DNA from: Thermoanaerobaculia bacterium
GTDB taxonomy: Bacteria > Acidobacteriota > Thermoanaerobaculia > Multivoradales > Multivoraceae
Length of the DNA stretch: 64,000 nt
Assembly: GCA_963664405.1 (NCBI GenBank)
Contig: OY761158.1
Span: 3,296,001 to 3,360,000 of the forward strand
Reading direction: 5' to 3'
Part shown: positions 49,084 through 59,815 of the stretch, one piece after another
How positions within the stretch are numbered: the first letter of the stretch is position 1
Layout of the letters: each line of letters starts with the position of its first letter
Translations under genes and position numbers: made by a program
The notes under the pieces: generated by a model
Seen by the model: only the letters and a program-made list of their open reading frames with translations
Told to the model about the DNA's origin: nothing
The model's database searches: none

Positions 49084-51075
49084 TTGGGTAAGTCGATCAC
49101 ACGCCTACTGGTCGCCAACCGAGGCGAGATTGCCCGCCGCATCATGCGCTCGGCGCACGGCATGGGCATCGGCAGTGTCGCGATCTACGCCGACTCGGAC
49201 GCGGATGCGCCCTTCGTCAAAGAGGCGGATCAGGCCATCGCCCTCGGCGGGCGCACCTCGGCCGAGAGCTACCTCGATACCGAAAAGGTCCTCGCCGCCG
49301 CGGCGCGCACAGGCGCCGACGCGGTGCATCCGGGATACGGCTTCCTGGCCGAGAACGCGAGCTTCGCTGCCGCCGTCCGCGATGCGGGACTGATCTGGGT
49401 GGGCCCGAGCCCGGAAGCGATTACCGCAATGGGCGACAAGCTCAGCGCCAAGCGGTTGATGCAAGAGGCCAAGGTGCCGACCCTGCCCGCGGCCGAGCTC
49501 GACGCCGATGCCGACGTTGCCGCGGCTGCAAAAGAGATCGGCTTCCCACTGCTCGTCAAGGCGGCGGCCGGCGGTGGTGGCAAGGGCATGAGAGTGGTCG
49601 ACGACCCCGCCGACCTCGAAGACGCGGTGGCCGGCGCTCGTCGAGAGGCCCTCGCCTCCTTCGGCGACGACACTGTCTTCCTCGAGCGCTGGTTGGCGGT
49701 CAGCCGGCACGTCGAGATCCAGTTGCTAGGCGACGAGCACGGCAACTTGGTTCACTGTTTCGAGCGCGAGTGCTCGATTCAGCGACGCCATCAAAAGGTC
49801 ATCGAAGAGTCGCCATCGCCGGCGGTCACTGCAGAGCTACGACAGCGGATGGGAGACGCAGCGGTCGCCGCGGGTCAGGCCATCGGTTACTCGTCAGCCG
49901 GCACGGTCGAATTCTTGCTCGACGGAAGTGACTTCTGGTTTCTCGAGGTCAACACTCGACTCCAGGTCGAGCATCCGGTGACCGAGATGATCACCGGCCT
50001 CGATCTCGTACGCGAGCAGTTGCGAGTGGCCCAGGGCGAAGAGCTGGGCTTCAATCAAGACGACATCACCATGAGTGGGCACTCGATCGAGGCTCGTCTC
50101 TATGCCGAAGATCCGGCCAACGACTTTCTTCCCACCACCGGTTGTGTTGCCGCCTGGCAGCCTTCGACCTCGGTAGAGGCTCGCTTCGACTCGGCGATCG
50201 AGACCGGCAGCGAAGTGGGGATCGAGTTCGACCCGATGCTGGCAAAGATCATCACTCATGCGCCGACTCGCCAGGAAGCCGCGGGCCGCCTGGCGCGAGC
50301 GCTCGAGACCACCCGCGTGCAAGGTCTGGTGACCAACCGAGACTTTCTCGTCGCGGTCCTTCGCTCGCCGGAGTTTCTCGACGGCGACACCACTACCGAC
50401 TTCATCGAACGAGTCAGCCTGGCACCAAAGCGTCAGTCATCGCGCCAAGAGCTCGAAGAGGCCGCGATCCTGGCGGCGATGGCGGCCCAGGTCGATCGGC
50501 GGCGAGCCGCCAAGTCGCTCGCGACCATCGCTACCGGGTGGCGCAATACGGTAATGCCGCGCGAAGAAGTGAGCTACCGCTCCGTTTCTGACGACGGTGA
50601 AAGGGACCTGCTGGTGGAGTACCGCCGGCGACGGGACGACACCTTGAGTGTCAAGGTCGGCGAAGAAGACCGCGTCGTTTCAGTGCTCTCTCGCCAAGGA
50701 GACGAGATCGCGCTCGTCATCGACGGCCGGCGAGTTGCCGCCACAGTCACGGCTAGGGAGAATCGACGCTACGTGCACGGACCGGCTGGTGATGTGGAAC
50801 TGCTCGAGCTACTTCGCTTCCCCGAACCGGAAATCGAAGGCATCTCGGGCGGCCTGGTCGCCCCCATGCCGGGCAAAGTCATCGCGGTGCACGTAGCCGC
50901 AGGCGACACCGTCGAGGTCGGCCAGCTGCTGCTCGTGCTCGAAGCGATGAAAATGGAGCACCGCATCACCGCACCGACGGCCGGGACGATCTCCGAGCTG
51001 CGCGTTGCGGAGGGAGACCAGGTGGACAACGGTGAGCTGGTAGTGGTTCTGAACGAGGAGGAGTCCGCCGAATAA
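49084..51075 (+). CDS. Biotin carboxylase/biotin carrier subunit (AtuF/LiuD-like)
   Basis: ANRGEIA, HPGYGFLAEN, ERECSIQRRHQK and EAMKME. Confidence 0.93.
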   Translation: MGKSITRLLVANRGEIARRIMRSAHGMGIGSVAIYADSDADAPFVKEADQAIALGGRTSAESYLDTEKVLAAAARTGADAVHPGYGFLAENASFAAAVRDAGLIWVGPSPEAITAMGDKLSAKRLMQEAKVPTLPAAELDADADVAAAAKEIGFPLLVKAAAGGGGKGMRVVDDPADLEDAVAGARREALASFGDDTVFLERWLAVSRHVEIQLLGDEHGNLVHCFERECSIQRRHQKVIEESPSPAVTAELRQRMGDAAVAAGQAIGYSSAGTVEFLLDGSDFWFLEVNTRLQVEHPVTEMITGLDLVREQLRVAQGEELGFNQDDITMSGHSIEARLYAEDPANDFLPTTGCVAAWQPSTSVEARFDSAIETGSEVGIEFDPMLAKIITHAPTRQEAAGRLARALETTRVQGLVTNRDFLVAVLRSPEFLDGDTTTDFIERVSLAPKRQSSRQELEEAAILAAMAAQVDRRRAAKSLATIATGWRNTVMPREEVSYRSVSDDGERDLLVEYRRRRDDTLSVKVGEEDRVVSVLSRQGDEIALVIDGRRVAATVTARENRRYVHGPAGDVELLELLRFPEPEIEGISGGLVAPMPGKVIAVHVAAGDTVEVGQLLLVLEAMKMEHRITAPTAGTISELRVAEGDQVDNGELVVVLNEEESAE

Positions 51076-51875
51076 TGTCGACTGCCGGACAAGAACACAC
51101 GCTCTACGAAGTCCGCGACTCGGCTGCTTGGATCACGCTCAACCGGCCGGAGGTGCGCAACGCCCTCTCCGGGACCTTGATCACCGAGGTCTACGACCAC
51201 CTGGCGAACGCCCAGGCCGACGACAACGTGCGCTGCATTGTGCTGACAGGGGCCGGCAAAGGCTTCTGTTCCGGCGCCGATCTCAAGAATCGGGCGGTGC
51301 CGGAGGGAAAAGTCGTGGCTTACCCCGACTTGCTCACCGCGATCTGGGAGTGCGAAAAGCCGGTGGTTGCCGCCATCAATGGCCCGGCCTTTGCCGGCGG
51401 TCTCGGCCTCGTCGCAGCTTCCGACATCGTGATTACGGCCGAAGAAGCGATTTTCAGCTTCAGCGAAGTTCGTATCGGCGTCATCCCCGCCATCATCGCG
51501 GTGGTATGCCTGCGAAAGCTCGGCCCTCACCACGGCATGCGGCTCTTCGTCACCGGCGATCGCTTCACCGGCGCTCAGGCGGTGGACTACGGCTTGGCTC
51601 ATCGAGCGGTACCTCGGGCAGAGCTCTACGAGGCCGTCGAAGCTGAGCTCGAGATGATCCGGCTGGGCGGACCGACCGCCGTCGTCGAGTGTAAGAAACT
51701 GGTGCGAGCCCTACCCGATCTCTCGATGAAGGAGGGCTTCGAGCTCACCCAGGGCTGGAGCCGCCGCATGTTTCAAGCCCCGGAAGCTGCCGAAGGCATG
51801 GCGGCCTTTCGCGAAAAGCGCAAGGCCGCCTGGTGCGCGCCGGACGAGACTGGCGACGGCGAGGCTCTGGAGTAG
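51075..51875 (+). CDS. Enoyl-CoA hydratase (AtuE/LiuC-like)
   Basis: LNRPEVRNAL, FCSGADL and FSEVRIGVIP; coupled to the carboxylase. Confidence 0.88.
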   Translation: MSTAGQEHTLYEVRDSAAWITLNRPEVRNALSGTLITEVYDHLANAQADDNVRCIVLTGAGKGFCSGADLKNRAVPEGKVVAYPDLLTAIWECEKPVVAAINGPAFAGGLGLVAASDIVITAEEAIFSFSEVRIGVIPAIIAVVCLRKLGPHHGMRLFVTGDRFTGAQAVDYGLAHRAVPRAELYEAVEAELEMIRLGGPTAVVECKKLVRALPDLSMKEGFELTQGWSRRMFQAPEAAEGMAAFREKRKAAWCAPDETGDGEALE

Positions 51876-52090
51876 GCACGCGAGCATCGCATCGAGCGCT
51901 ACGAGCCGCGTCTCAGGCCTCGCTCAGCTTTGTCATCGAGGCGCCATGAACCGGCGGCGCTTCAGGGTCTGATCAAGCTCTCCTGGCTGGTGACGAGGCT
52001 CACTGTCGTACCGGGCTCCTGTGCCTGGTCAAAAATCCGATCTGCTTGACCGGCTTGACCTTGCGGCAGTTCCCCAGGCAGTGTCACAGG

Positions 52091-52785
52091 ATGCTGGAAC
52101 TTACGCTCTTGCTCCTTAGGACTGTCGGATCGGCGCTTCGAAGGCGCGGTTACCTCCTCGCCGAGAACCTCGTGCTGAGACACCCACTGGCGGTGCTTCA
52201 ACGTGGGCTTGGACGGCCGCGGCTCCGACAGACGGATCGCCTGTTCTGGGTGCTTGTGCGTAAGTTCTGGAATGGCTGGCAGGGTGCCCTTGTGCTGGTC
52301 CAGCCGGCCACGGTCGTTCGCTGGCATCGACAGGCGTTCAAGAGCTACTGGACTCGGATCTCTCGACGGGGTCGTCGCGGCCGACCCCCGGTGAGTCGCG
52401 AGATTCGCGAGCTCATCCTCCGCATGGCCAAGGCGAATCCGTTGTGGGGCGCTCCTCTCGGATCCACGGCGAACTCCTGAAGCTCGGAATCGAGGTTTCC
52501 CAGAGCACGGTCGGCCGCTTGATACCGCGGCGCGGTAAGCCGCCGTCGCCGAGCTGGCGATCCTTCCTCGACAACCACGTCCCTGAGTTGGCCTCTCTCG
52601 ACTTCTTCACGATCACGGCCACATTCCGCGTACTCTTCGTTGGGGTCGTGCTCAGACATGACCGACGGCGTGTAGTGCACTTCAACGTCACGGAGCACCC
52701 AACGGCGGAATGGACGGCCCAACAGGTCGTCGAGTTCCCTGAGGCCGGTCGGCTCCATCACCACTACGAGCGCCGGGCGGCTTAG
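52091..52785 (+). pseudogene. rve integrase-core transposase remnant
   Basis: VQPATVVRWHR, NPLWGAP|RIHGELLKLG and VHFNVTEHPTAEWTAQQ; frameshift and large internal deletion before LHHHYERRAA. Confidence 0.8.
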
Positions 52786-53216
52786 CACCGCCAACGGTCA
52801 GTCGTTCCGGTAGCCGAGTCTCGCGTCCGCGCATAGGTTGCCAAGGGTGTCGGATTCTTCACCAGGACCAACGAAAGATTGGCCGATCGATGGGCCACTA
52901 CGAGAAACGGGAACGCGGACCGCGCCGCCGCCGGCCGCCGCTCCCCCGCGTGCGGAGGCGCGGATGGGGTTTTGACCAGACACAACACCCGACGCCCTGG
53001 CGGCGGCAGGTTCGGAAATGAGGCCCTTCACGAGGCCGCCTGCATCAAACGCCGGCTAGCCAGACCCTACTCAAGCAGGGCGACCCCTCCGCAGTGCGAT
53101 CGCGTGTTCTATTTCGCCCACTTTTCTTGCAGGAGTCTTGCAATCGACGGAATGGGTCCGGGTCTCTGGCCGCATCGATACGCCGCTAGATCTCTTGTTT
53201 ACAACGAGAACGAACG

Positions 53217-53293
53217 TGGTGCACCCAGAGGGAGTCGAACCCCCAACTTCCTGATCCGTAGTCAGACACTCTATCCAGTTGAGCTATGGGTGC
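53217..53293 (-). tRNA. tRNA-Arg (ACG)
   Basis: GCACCCA acceptor stem, D-loop TGGA, anticodon arm ctgact-ACG-gatcag, GGTTCGA T-loop, encoded CCA. Confidence 0.96.
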
Positions 53294-53775
53294 TTAGAGC
53301 GGAGCAGATTCTAGAAGAAGCAGACTCCAGAGGCAAGCTCCCATTTGGCACCAGGGTCTGGTGGAAGTAGTAGGGACGAACCATGATCAGTCGCGTTCCT
53401 TTCGCACACCTCGGATTTGGCCTCGGATCTCCCCACTCGGGAAGCCGATGGTGTGAACGTTGACGTACGTAGAACGGGACTTCATCGCGCGCAGGAGCTT
53501 TCCGAGGTCGCCGCCTCCCAGGCCCTGTGCCGGAACGCCGAGAACGTCCGCAGCGACGATCATCCCTGAGATCTCACCTCCCGGCGCGGCTGGGCAGGCG
53601 GGCGCAAGGTCTCCGCCGCACAGAAACGCGGCCACGCCGCCGTTGGCGCCGGCCTGGCCTAGGTGAATGTGCGCCTGAAGCACATCGCTACCCAGGTGCG
53701 ACAGCCTCAGGACGTACTCGAAGGCGCCTCCGTCAGAGACAACCCTCCCTTCAAACTTCCCGCGAGCCCCGCTAA

Positions 53776-55780
53776 GGGTCGGCGCGGAAATAACTTCACA
53801 TTATCGCCGGAGCGTGTGAGGCCGAGGCGCCACAGGGCGGTCGCTGCATTGGAGGTGGTGGTGAGCTGAGCCCAGGCTGTGGGGCAAGCTCTTCCTGCTC
53901 GGTTCGCGGTCTCGGCGAGAGGGTGTAGTTCCACTTTCCTAGGAAGTCGCTCCTGGCCACCGCGAGCTGCAGCATTTCCTTGTCCGATACCCTGACTCCT
54001 TTCTGGTATTGGCGTTGATCACGGCACGGCTCGACGCGCAGTCCGGTGGATGTCGTCGTGTTGCGGACGAGGTTGACGAGGATCTCGAAACTCTCGAGAG
54101 GAACTCCGGCCCAGTTCTTGCTGATCTCGCTGAACATCCTGTGCTCGATGGGATTCCATTTACTGGTGCCAGTTGGATAGTGGGCGACGGTGATGATGAG
54201 GCCGCACTTGTCTACGAGCTTCTCCTGGAGGTACTTCTTCCAGGCTCGAAGCCGTGCGCCGTTGCTTGCGCCGCTGTCGGCAAGAATGAGGAGACGCTGA
54301 GACGCCGGATAGTGAGATCGACCGTATTTGAGCCACCAGGTCGCGATGCTGTTGACAGCGAACTCCGGCGTGTCCGACGACTGTCCGAGGACGAGAACGC
54401 CGAAGTTCCTCTGAAGATCGTAGATCCCATAGGGGGAGGCGATGGCGAGAGCTTCGGACCGGAAGTCGTGATCCTTGACCCGCTTGGCCTCGCGGCACCA
54501 TGTCTGTCCCTGGTTCTTGAACCGACCGATCAGCTCCTTCTTCTTCGTATCGACGCTGATGATCGGGTCGCCAGCGCTTGTGAAATCCTCGCGCAGTCGC
54601 TTGATGGCCTTGAACTGTGCATCACGATCTGGGGAGTTCCCCGAAGACAGACATTTCCTATTGCTCTTGAGGGAATAGTTCAGGTCTGCGAGCAATCGAC
54701 GCACCACCGTAGCCGATACGATGATGTCAAGGCGTTCGGCAAGGCATTGGGCCACCTTTGCAGCGGTCTCGTGCGTCCATCTTTTTGATGACATGGGATC
54801 ACCAGCTATATCGGCCTCGAGTATGGAATGGATTCCATCGACTATCTCGGGCGTTTTTTTTCCACTCGTTGGTTGCCACCGCCTGCTCTTCGAACTCTTC
54901 CGCGCTCCACGGAGCCGCCGAAGAGCTCGCGACGTCCTTTTGCGACTGTATGAGGGTCCAGGTCCAGAAGATCGGCGATCTTCCGGTCGCCGCCATGCCC
55001 GAGCTTGGTCGCTTCCAGGCCAGCGAAGAGCCGCCGCTGGCGTTCGTCTAGCAGGCTGAAGAATAAAACGATGGCAGCCCTGAGCTCCTCGGGGAGCACT
55101 TCTGGAACGAGGCTGGCAGCTACATCCTGGAGAGCCTGCCGTTCGTTGCGCATCAGCTTCTGCTGACGACGGCGCCCTGTTTCCGAGCACAAGTATACGA
55201 ACCTCTTCCCAACTCTGGATCGTACGATTCTCTTGCTACGAACGAGGTGCAACATCGCGTGCTTGACCTCGACCTGCAGCAGGAGCTCGAGTTCAGAAGC
55301 CGTATAGCCGGCAGCGGACCGGTCCACGGCAGCCACCGCAGTTTCGAGGAGGCTGCCATGCCGACTGAACCTCGCCGAACCGCACGACCACAAACCCAGA
55401 TCGTCGAAATCGGGAATCTCGTTCAAGGTATAGAACCGCCCTCGATCCGAGTAGCTGGCCAAATAGCCCAATCGAGACAGCGAACGGTAGACCGTCATGG
55501 TGGCTCGGGTTCCCATGGCGTCCTTGAGCTCATCCATGGTGGCCATCTGTTCGCTCATCAAGAGCTCGCGCACTGTTGCATCACGATCTTCGGCTCGTAC
55601 CATTTGGTATAGTTCCCCTTCCAAAAGAGGTGACAGGGAAAACTATACCAAATGCGGGCAGGGCTATGCTAGCTCTAAACCTTGCAAACAAGGCGCGTAC
55701 CGGAGGATTATGCGGTGGCTGAAGAAGGGGGCAGTGGTATGGTCACCCCAGATACTGGAAACTTATTTCCGCGCCGACCC
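53776..55780 (-). mobile_element. ISAzo13-family insertion sequence, copy 2
   Basis: Near-identical inverted copy of 9246-11250; flanks TAA / TTA. Confidence 0.92.
53796..55624 (-). CDS. ISAzo13-family transposase (frameshifted)
   Basis: Same two-ORF layout and A8 site as copy 1, with a few substitutions. Confidence 0.85.
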
Positions 55781-56218
55781 TTAGGACTACCGGAACCTCT
55801 TCGTGGCCCGACAGCCGGGCGCTGAGGTGAGCCAGCGACCGCTCTTCTGCAGCGCCAAGGAAAGATGTGCACATGAACGTCGCAGCCATGACAACAAGGA
55901 TGAGCATCGATCTCGATAGTTTCACCGGCAGACTCCTTTCCGAACCCATTAGAATATAGAAATGTCATTATAGCATAAATATGGCCTTCGGGGAGCTCGA
56001 CGTGAACCTCATAAAACTCTAGTCTAGCTCAGCGCATCGGCATGAAACATGTCGCCGCAGCATCACAGGCGTACCTCTAGGAACGTCTGGCCGGCCGTTC
56101 AGGGTGCCCCGGATCGCCGCAGCGCAGGAACGAGGCGACGCAGCCGTACTCTGGCGTACTCCTAGGAGCCGATCGACCCTTCACTCTGGCTGGCTGGATG
56201 GCCGGAGGAAATCCGAAT

Positions 56219-56236
56219 GCGCCGTCCTCGGCGCCA
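56219..56236 (+). repeat. REP-like hairpin GCGCCGTCCTCGGCGCCA
   Basis: Intergenic copy downstream of thiG. Confidence 0.6.
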
Positions 56237-56325
56237 TGTTCCGCATCCGGAGAAAGTGATACCGATCACTTCCGTAGGATGCGACGAGCACGCGGTGAGG
56301 TGGGGTGCCCTGGGCGGCCGGCAGG

Positions 56326-57126
56326 CTAGTCGATCAGGCCTTCGATAGGCGACGAGGCGGTCGCGTAGAGCTTCATCGGAATACGCCCGGCTCGGCGCGC
56401 CAGCCACCCGCCTTCGATCGCGAGCTTCATCGCACGCGCCATCGCAACCGGATCTTTCGCGCCGGCGACGCCGGTGTTCATGAGTACGCCGTCGGCTCCA
56501 AGCTCCATCGCGATGGCGGCGTCGGAAGCTGTGCCGACGCCGGCATCGACAATCACCGGCACCCCCGCCTGCTCGACGATGATCCGAATATTCGTCGGGT
56601 TGCGAATACCCATGCCCGATCCGATCGGAGCCCCGAGAGGCATTACTGCAGCCGCGCCGAGCTCTTCCAATTTTCGACACATGATCGGGTCGTCATTGGT
56701 GTAGGGAAGGACGACGAAGTCTTCGTTGACCAGTGTCTCGGTGGCCTTGAGAAGCTCCACATTGTCGGGAAAGAGGGTCTTCTCGTCGCCTATCACTTCA
56801 AGCTTCACCCAGTTCCAGCCCCCGAGCTCTCGGGCGAGGCGCGCGGTGCGCACCGCGGCGTCGGCGGTGTAGCACCCAGCAGTGTTGGGAAGCAGATGGT
56901 AGCGAGAGGGGTCGATCTGATCGATGAGCGAAGTGCTACCGAGCTCATCTAGATTCACCCGACGAAGCGCCACGGTGATCATGCCAGTGCCTGATGCTTC
57001 GAAGGCTTGCTTCATCACCTCGGCGTCGTCGTACTTGCCGGTACCCAGAATGAGCCGCGAAGAAAAGGTGTGACCGGCGATCTCGAGAGGCTCGACTTCC
57101 AAAGACGAGCGGTTCTCTTCGGTCAT
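56326..57126 (-). CDS. thiG: Thiazole synthase
   Basis: [25 protein letters not shown] and [10 protein letters not shown]. Confidence 0.96.
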   Translation of the reverse strand: MTEENRSSLEVEPLEIAGHTFSSRLILGTGKYDDAEVMKQAFEASGTGMITVALRRVNLDELGSTSLIDQIDPSRYHLLPNTAGCYTADAAVRTARLARELGGWNWVKLEVIGDEKTLFPDNVELLKATETLVNEDFVVLPYTNDDPIMCRKLEELGAAAVMPLGAPIGSGMGIRNPTNIRIIVEQAGVPVIVDAGVGTASDAAIAMELGADGVLMNTGVAGAKDPVAMARAMKLAIEGGWLARRAGRIPMKLYATASSPIEGLID

Positions 57127-57788
57127 ATCGATCCCTCCGCGCTGAAGGAGCCCATCGGTACGTAGTACTGCGTTCCCCGAATCGGGCGTACGAGTTGGTT
57201 CACCAGCTCCTCCAAGTCCCGCTCACGATGAGCGAAGTCCAAATGCCGCGTGTCGACGACGAGCAGCGGTGACGCATCATAGTGGTAGTAGTAGTGATTG
57301 TAAGCATCGATGAGCTCGCCAACATACTCTTCCGAGATACTCCTCTCAGCTTTCATCTGACGTCTCCGGATCCGCTCCATGCAGGTAGGAACATCGGCGG
57401 TGAGAAAGAGCACCAGGTCCGGCTTGGGCACCTGCGGCTCGAGAAGAAGAAAGAGCTTCTCGAAGAGCATGAGCTCGGTATCGGACAGGTTGATGTAGGC
57501 AAAGATGCGATTCTTCTGGAATGCGTAGTCCGCTAGCACCAGACGATTGAAGAGCTCGGGCTGAATCAGATCCTGCTGTTGCTTGAAGCGGGAGAGGAGG
57601 AAGTAGAGCTCGGTCTGAAACGACGCTCCCGGCGTGTCGCGGTAGAAGTCCTCGAGAAAAGGGTTCTCGATGTCTTCGAGAACCTTCACCCCCTCGAAGC
57701 GCTCAGCGAGTCTGTCGACGAGCGTCGTCTTACCCGCGCCGATCGGGCCGTCGACGGTCAGGTATCGGAAGGGAAGGGAGTCGGCCAA
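57123..57788 (-). CDS. Deoxynucleoside kinase
   Basis: [18 protein letters not shown] and FLLSRFKQ. Confidence 0.9.
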   Translation of the reverse strand: MADSLPFRYLTVDGPIGAGKTTLVDRLAERFEGVKVLEDIENPFLEDFYRDTPGASFQTELYFLLSRFKQQQDLIQPELFNRLVLADYAFQKNRIFAYINLSDTELMLFEKLFLLLEPQVPKPDLVLFLTADVPTCMERIRRRQMKAERSISEEYVGELIDAYNHYYYHYDASPLLVVDTRHLDFAHRERDLEELVNQLVRPIRGTQYYVPMGSFSAEGSI

Positions 57789-57824
57789 AGGCTGTGCTTG
57801 GCTAGATCGGGGGCCCGAGAAGCC

Positions 57825-58943
57825 CTAGACCGCCGCCGCCTCCAGCGGCTGGTAGAGCGTGTCTCTCTGGATCGGGACGTAACCGGCATCGCGAATGACC
57901 CGCTCGATCGCCTCGCGCTTCATAACCTCTCCCGACGAAGCACCGGCCATCTGGTAGATGTTCTCCTCCAGAACCGTGCCATCGAGGTCGTCGGCGCCGA
58001 AGCTCAGTGCGACCTGGGCCAGTCTGGGCGAGATCATGACCCAGTAGGCCTTGATATGGGGGATGTTGTCGAGGACCAAGCGGGCGGTTGCGATGTGGCG
58101 AAGATCTTCGAGGCCTGTGGTGTGATGAACCAGCCCCAGGTAGTTGTTCTCCGGGTGGTAGGCAAGCGGAATGAAGGCGTTGAACCCACCGGACTCTTGC
58201 TGCAGCGATCGCAAACGCATCAGATGGTCGACCTTGTGCCGCGGCTCTTCGACGTGGCCATAGAGCATTGTGCAGTTGGAGGTGATGCCCATGCCATGAG
58301 CCACGCGGTGAACCTCGAGCCACTCCTCTGCGTCGAGCTTCCCGTCGCAGATCACCTCACGAATCTCGGCGTCGAAGATCTCCGCGCCACCGCCGGGAAG
58401 CGAACCAAGCCCGGCGTCTCGAAGTCTCTGGAGGACCTCGCGGATGGTCAATTTCTCGCGCTGCGCGAACCAGCCGATCTCGATCGAGGTGAAGGCCTTG
58501 AGGTGAGCATCGGGGTAGCGCTCCTTCAGACCACGCAGCATCTCTTCGTACCACGACATCGGCAGCTCCGGGTGGAGGCCGCCGACGATGTGAAACTCGG
58601 TGACCGAGTTACCGCCCTGGCGAGCGGCGTGCTCGTAGACCTCTTCGTGACTCATCTGCCAGGCGTGCTCCTCGCCCGGAAGCGCGGCGAAGCTGCAGAA
58701 CTTGCAGTTGTAGGTGTAGACACAGATGTTGGTCGGGTTGATGTGCCGATTGACGTTGTAATACACCGCGTCGCCGTTCAGCCGGCGGCGCAGATGGTTG
58801 GCCATTCTGCCCAGATGAAGGAGGTGAGGGGTCTCGAAGCAGACCAACGCATCCGCGGCGTCGAAGCTCTCACCGGCCTCGACCTTGGCGGCCAACGGCT
58901 CCAGATCGGCGGGAAAGGTGCGGGGATCGAGTACGTCTGTCAC
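57825..58943 (-). CDS. mqnE: Aminofutalosine synthase (radical SAM)
   Basis: NRHINPTNIC, EFHIVGGLHP, LPGGGAEIF, FIPLAYHPEN and HIKAYW. Confidence 0.9.
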   Translation of the reverse strand: MTDVLDPRTFPADLEPLAAKVEAGESFDAADALVCFETPHLLHLGRMANHLRRRLNGDAVYYNVNRHINPTNICVYTYNCKFCSFAALPGEEHAWQMSHEEVYEHAARQGGNSVTEFHIVGGLHPELPMSWYEEMLRGLKERYPDAHLKAFTSIEIGWFAQREKLTIREVLQRLRDAGLGSLPGGGAEIFDAEIREVICDGKLDAEEWLEVHRVAHGMGITSNCTMLYGHVEEPRHKVDHLMRLRSLQQESGGFNAFIPLAYHPENNYLGLVHHTTGLEDLRHIATARLVLDNIPHIKAYWVMISPRLAQVALSFGADDLDGTVLEENIYQMAGASSGEVMKREAIERVIRDAGYVPIQRDTLYQPLEAAAV

Positions 58944-59815
58944 AGCAGGACTATATCAACGGCGGAGGCGACAAAGAGCCAAACCGCAAGTGCGCCGTTG
59001 GCCTGGAAAAAGGCTGCGTTCAGACGACTCAGATCGGTCGGTCGAACCACCCAATGTTGAAAGAAGAGAAGGGCGGCGCAGCCGCCGACACCGACCCAGT
59101 ACGCAGCCGCCAGAACGCCCGGGTGCACGACGGGAAGGACTCCGAGAGCAACCAGCATGCCGAGGTGCAAAAGTGCCGAGATCCATAGCGCCCCCGCGAC
59201 TCCAAAGCGGACCGGGATCGAGTGAAGGCCGCGTGCCTTGTCGAAGTCTTGGTCTTGGAGTGCATAGAGGACATCGAATCCCGCTACCCAAAGAAGCACT
59301 GCAAGGGCCAACACCAAGCCGCCGGTCTCGACCCTGCCGGCAACGGCGATCCAGGCCCCGAGTGGAGCTGCCGAGATTCCCAGGCCGAGCACCAAGTGGG
59401 ATACCGCCGTGAAACGCTTGGTATAGGAGTACAGCAGGACGACAGCGATGGCCACCGGCGACAGCTTCAATGGCAGCGGCCCGAGCTGCCAAGCAGCGAC
59501 GAGCAGAAGTGCGAGGCTAGCGGCGACAAAGGCTGCGGTTGCGGCCGGAGAGAGGAGCCCGGCCGGGAGCTCTCGGTTGGCCGTCCTCGGGTTGGCCGCA
59601 TCGATATGCCGGTCGACCAAGCGGTTGAAGCCCATCGCTGCGCTGCGCGCCCCCACCATGGCGACGACAATCCAGCCAACCACTCCCCAGCGCGGCCAAC
59701 CTCGCGCCGCCAGCATCATGCCGAGGAAGGCGAAGGGGAGAGCGAACACCGTGTGCTCGAACTTGATCATCGCCAGGAAGGTACGAAGGCGCACGCCAGA
59801 CCCGCTAGTCGTCAC
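58940..59815 (-). CDS. UbiA-like polyprenyltransferase (futalosine pathway)
   Basis: IKFEHTVFALPFA, NRLVDRHIDAANPRT and FDVLYALQD. Confidence 0.92.
   Translation of the reverse strand: MTTSGSGVRLRTFLAMIKFEHTVFALPFAFLGMMLAARGWPRWGVVGWIVVAMVGARSAAMGFNRLVDRHIDAANPRTANRELPAGLLSPAATAAFVAASLALLLVAAWQLGPLPLKLSPVAIAVVLLYSYTKRFTAVSHLVLGLGISAAPLGAWIAVAGRVETGGLVLALAVLLWVAGFDVLYALQDQDFDKARGLHSIPVRFGVAGALWISALLHLGMLVALGVLPVVHPGVLAAAYWVGVGGCAALLFFQHWVVRPTDLSRLNAAFFQANGALAVWLFVASAVDIVLL

Larger units (their letters stand above)
53387..55949 (-). pseudogene. Secreted CHRD-domain protein interrupted by ISAzo13
   Basis: ARLSGHEEVPVVL | SGARGKF...QAHIHLG...YVNVHT..FPSGEIRGQI rejoin in frame on removing the IS plus 3 bp. 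Confidence 0.85.

Noticed and set aside
52790-53216. Small ORFs between the transposase remnant and the tRNA
   Set aside because: No motifs, RBS or consistent frame.
53217-53293. tRNA-Arg as an island attachment site
   Set aside because: No duplicate of the tRNA 3' end or adjacent tyrosine integrase seen by eye; a search would be needed to exclude it.
9246-55780. Composite transposon or inversion bounded by the two ISAzo13 copies
   Set aside because: Each copy interrupts its own gene, which rejoins in frame, so these are independent insertions.
56077-56165. Partial sixth MITE (GCAGCCGTAC...GTAC between CTAG sites)
   Set aside because: Only half a core and no matching TIR; too weak to call.
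56326-57130. TPP riboswitch for thiG
   Set aside because: thiG overlaps the upstream kinase gene, leaving no leader for one.
57579-59060. Long antisense or alternate-frame ORFs (also 736-1980, 3764-4981, 43584-44753)
   Set aside because: Shadows of real genes in GC-rich DNA with no recognisable motifs.
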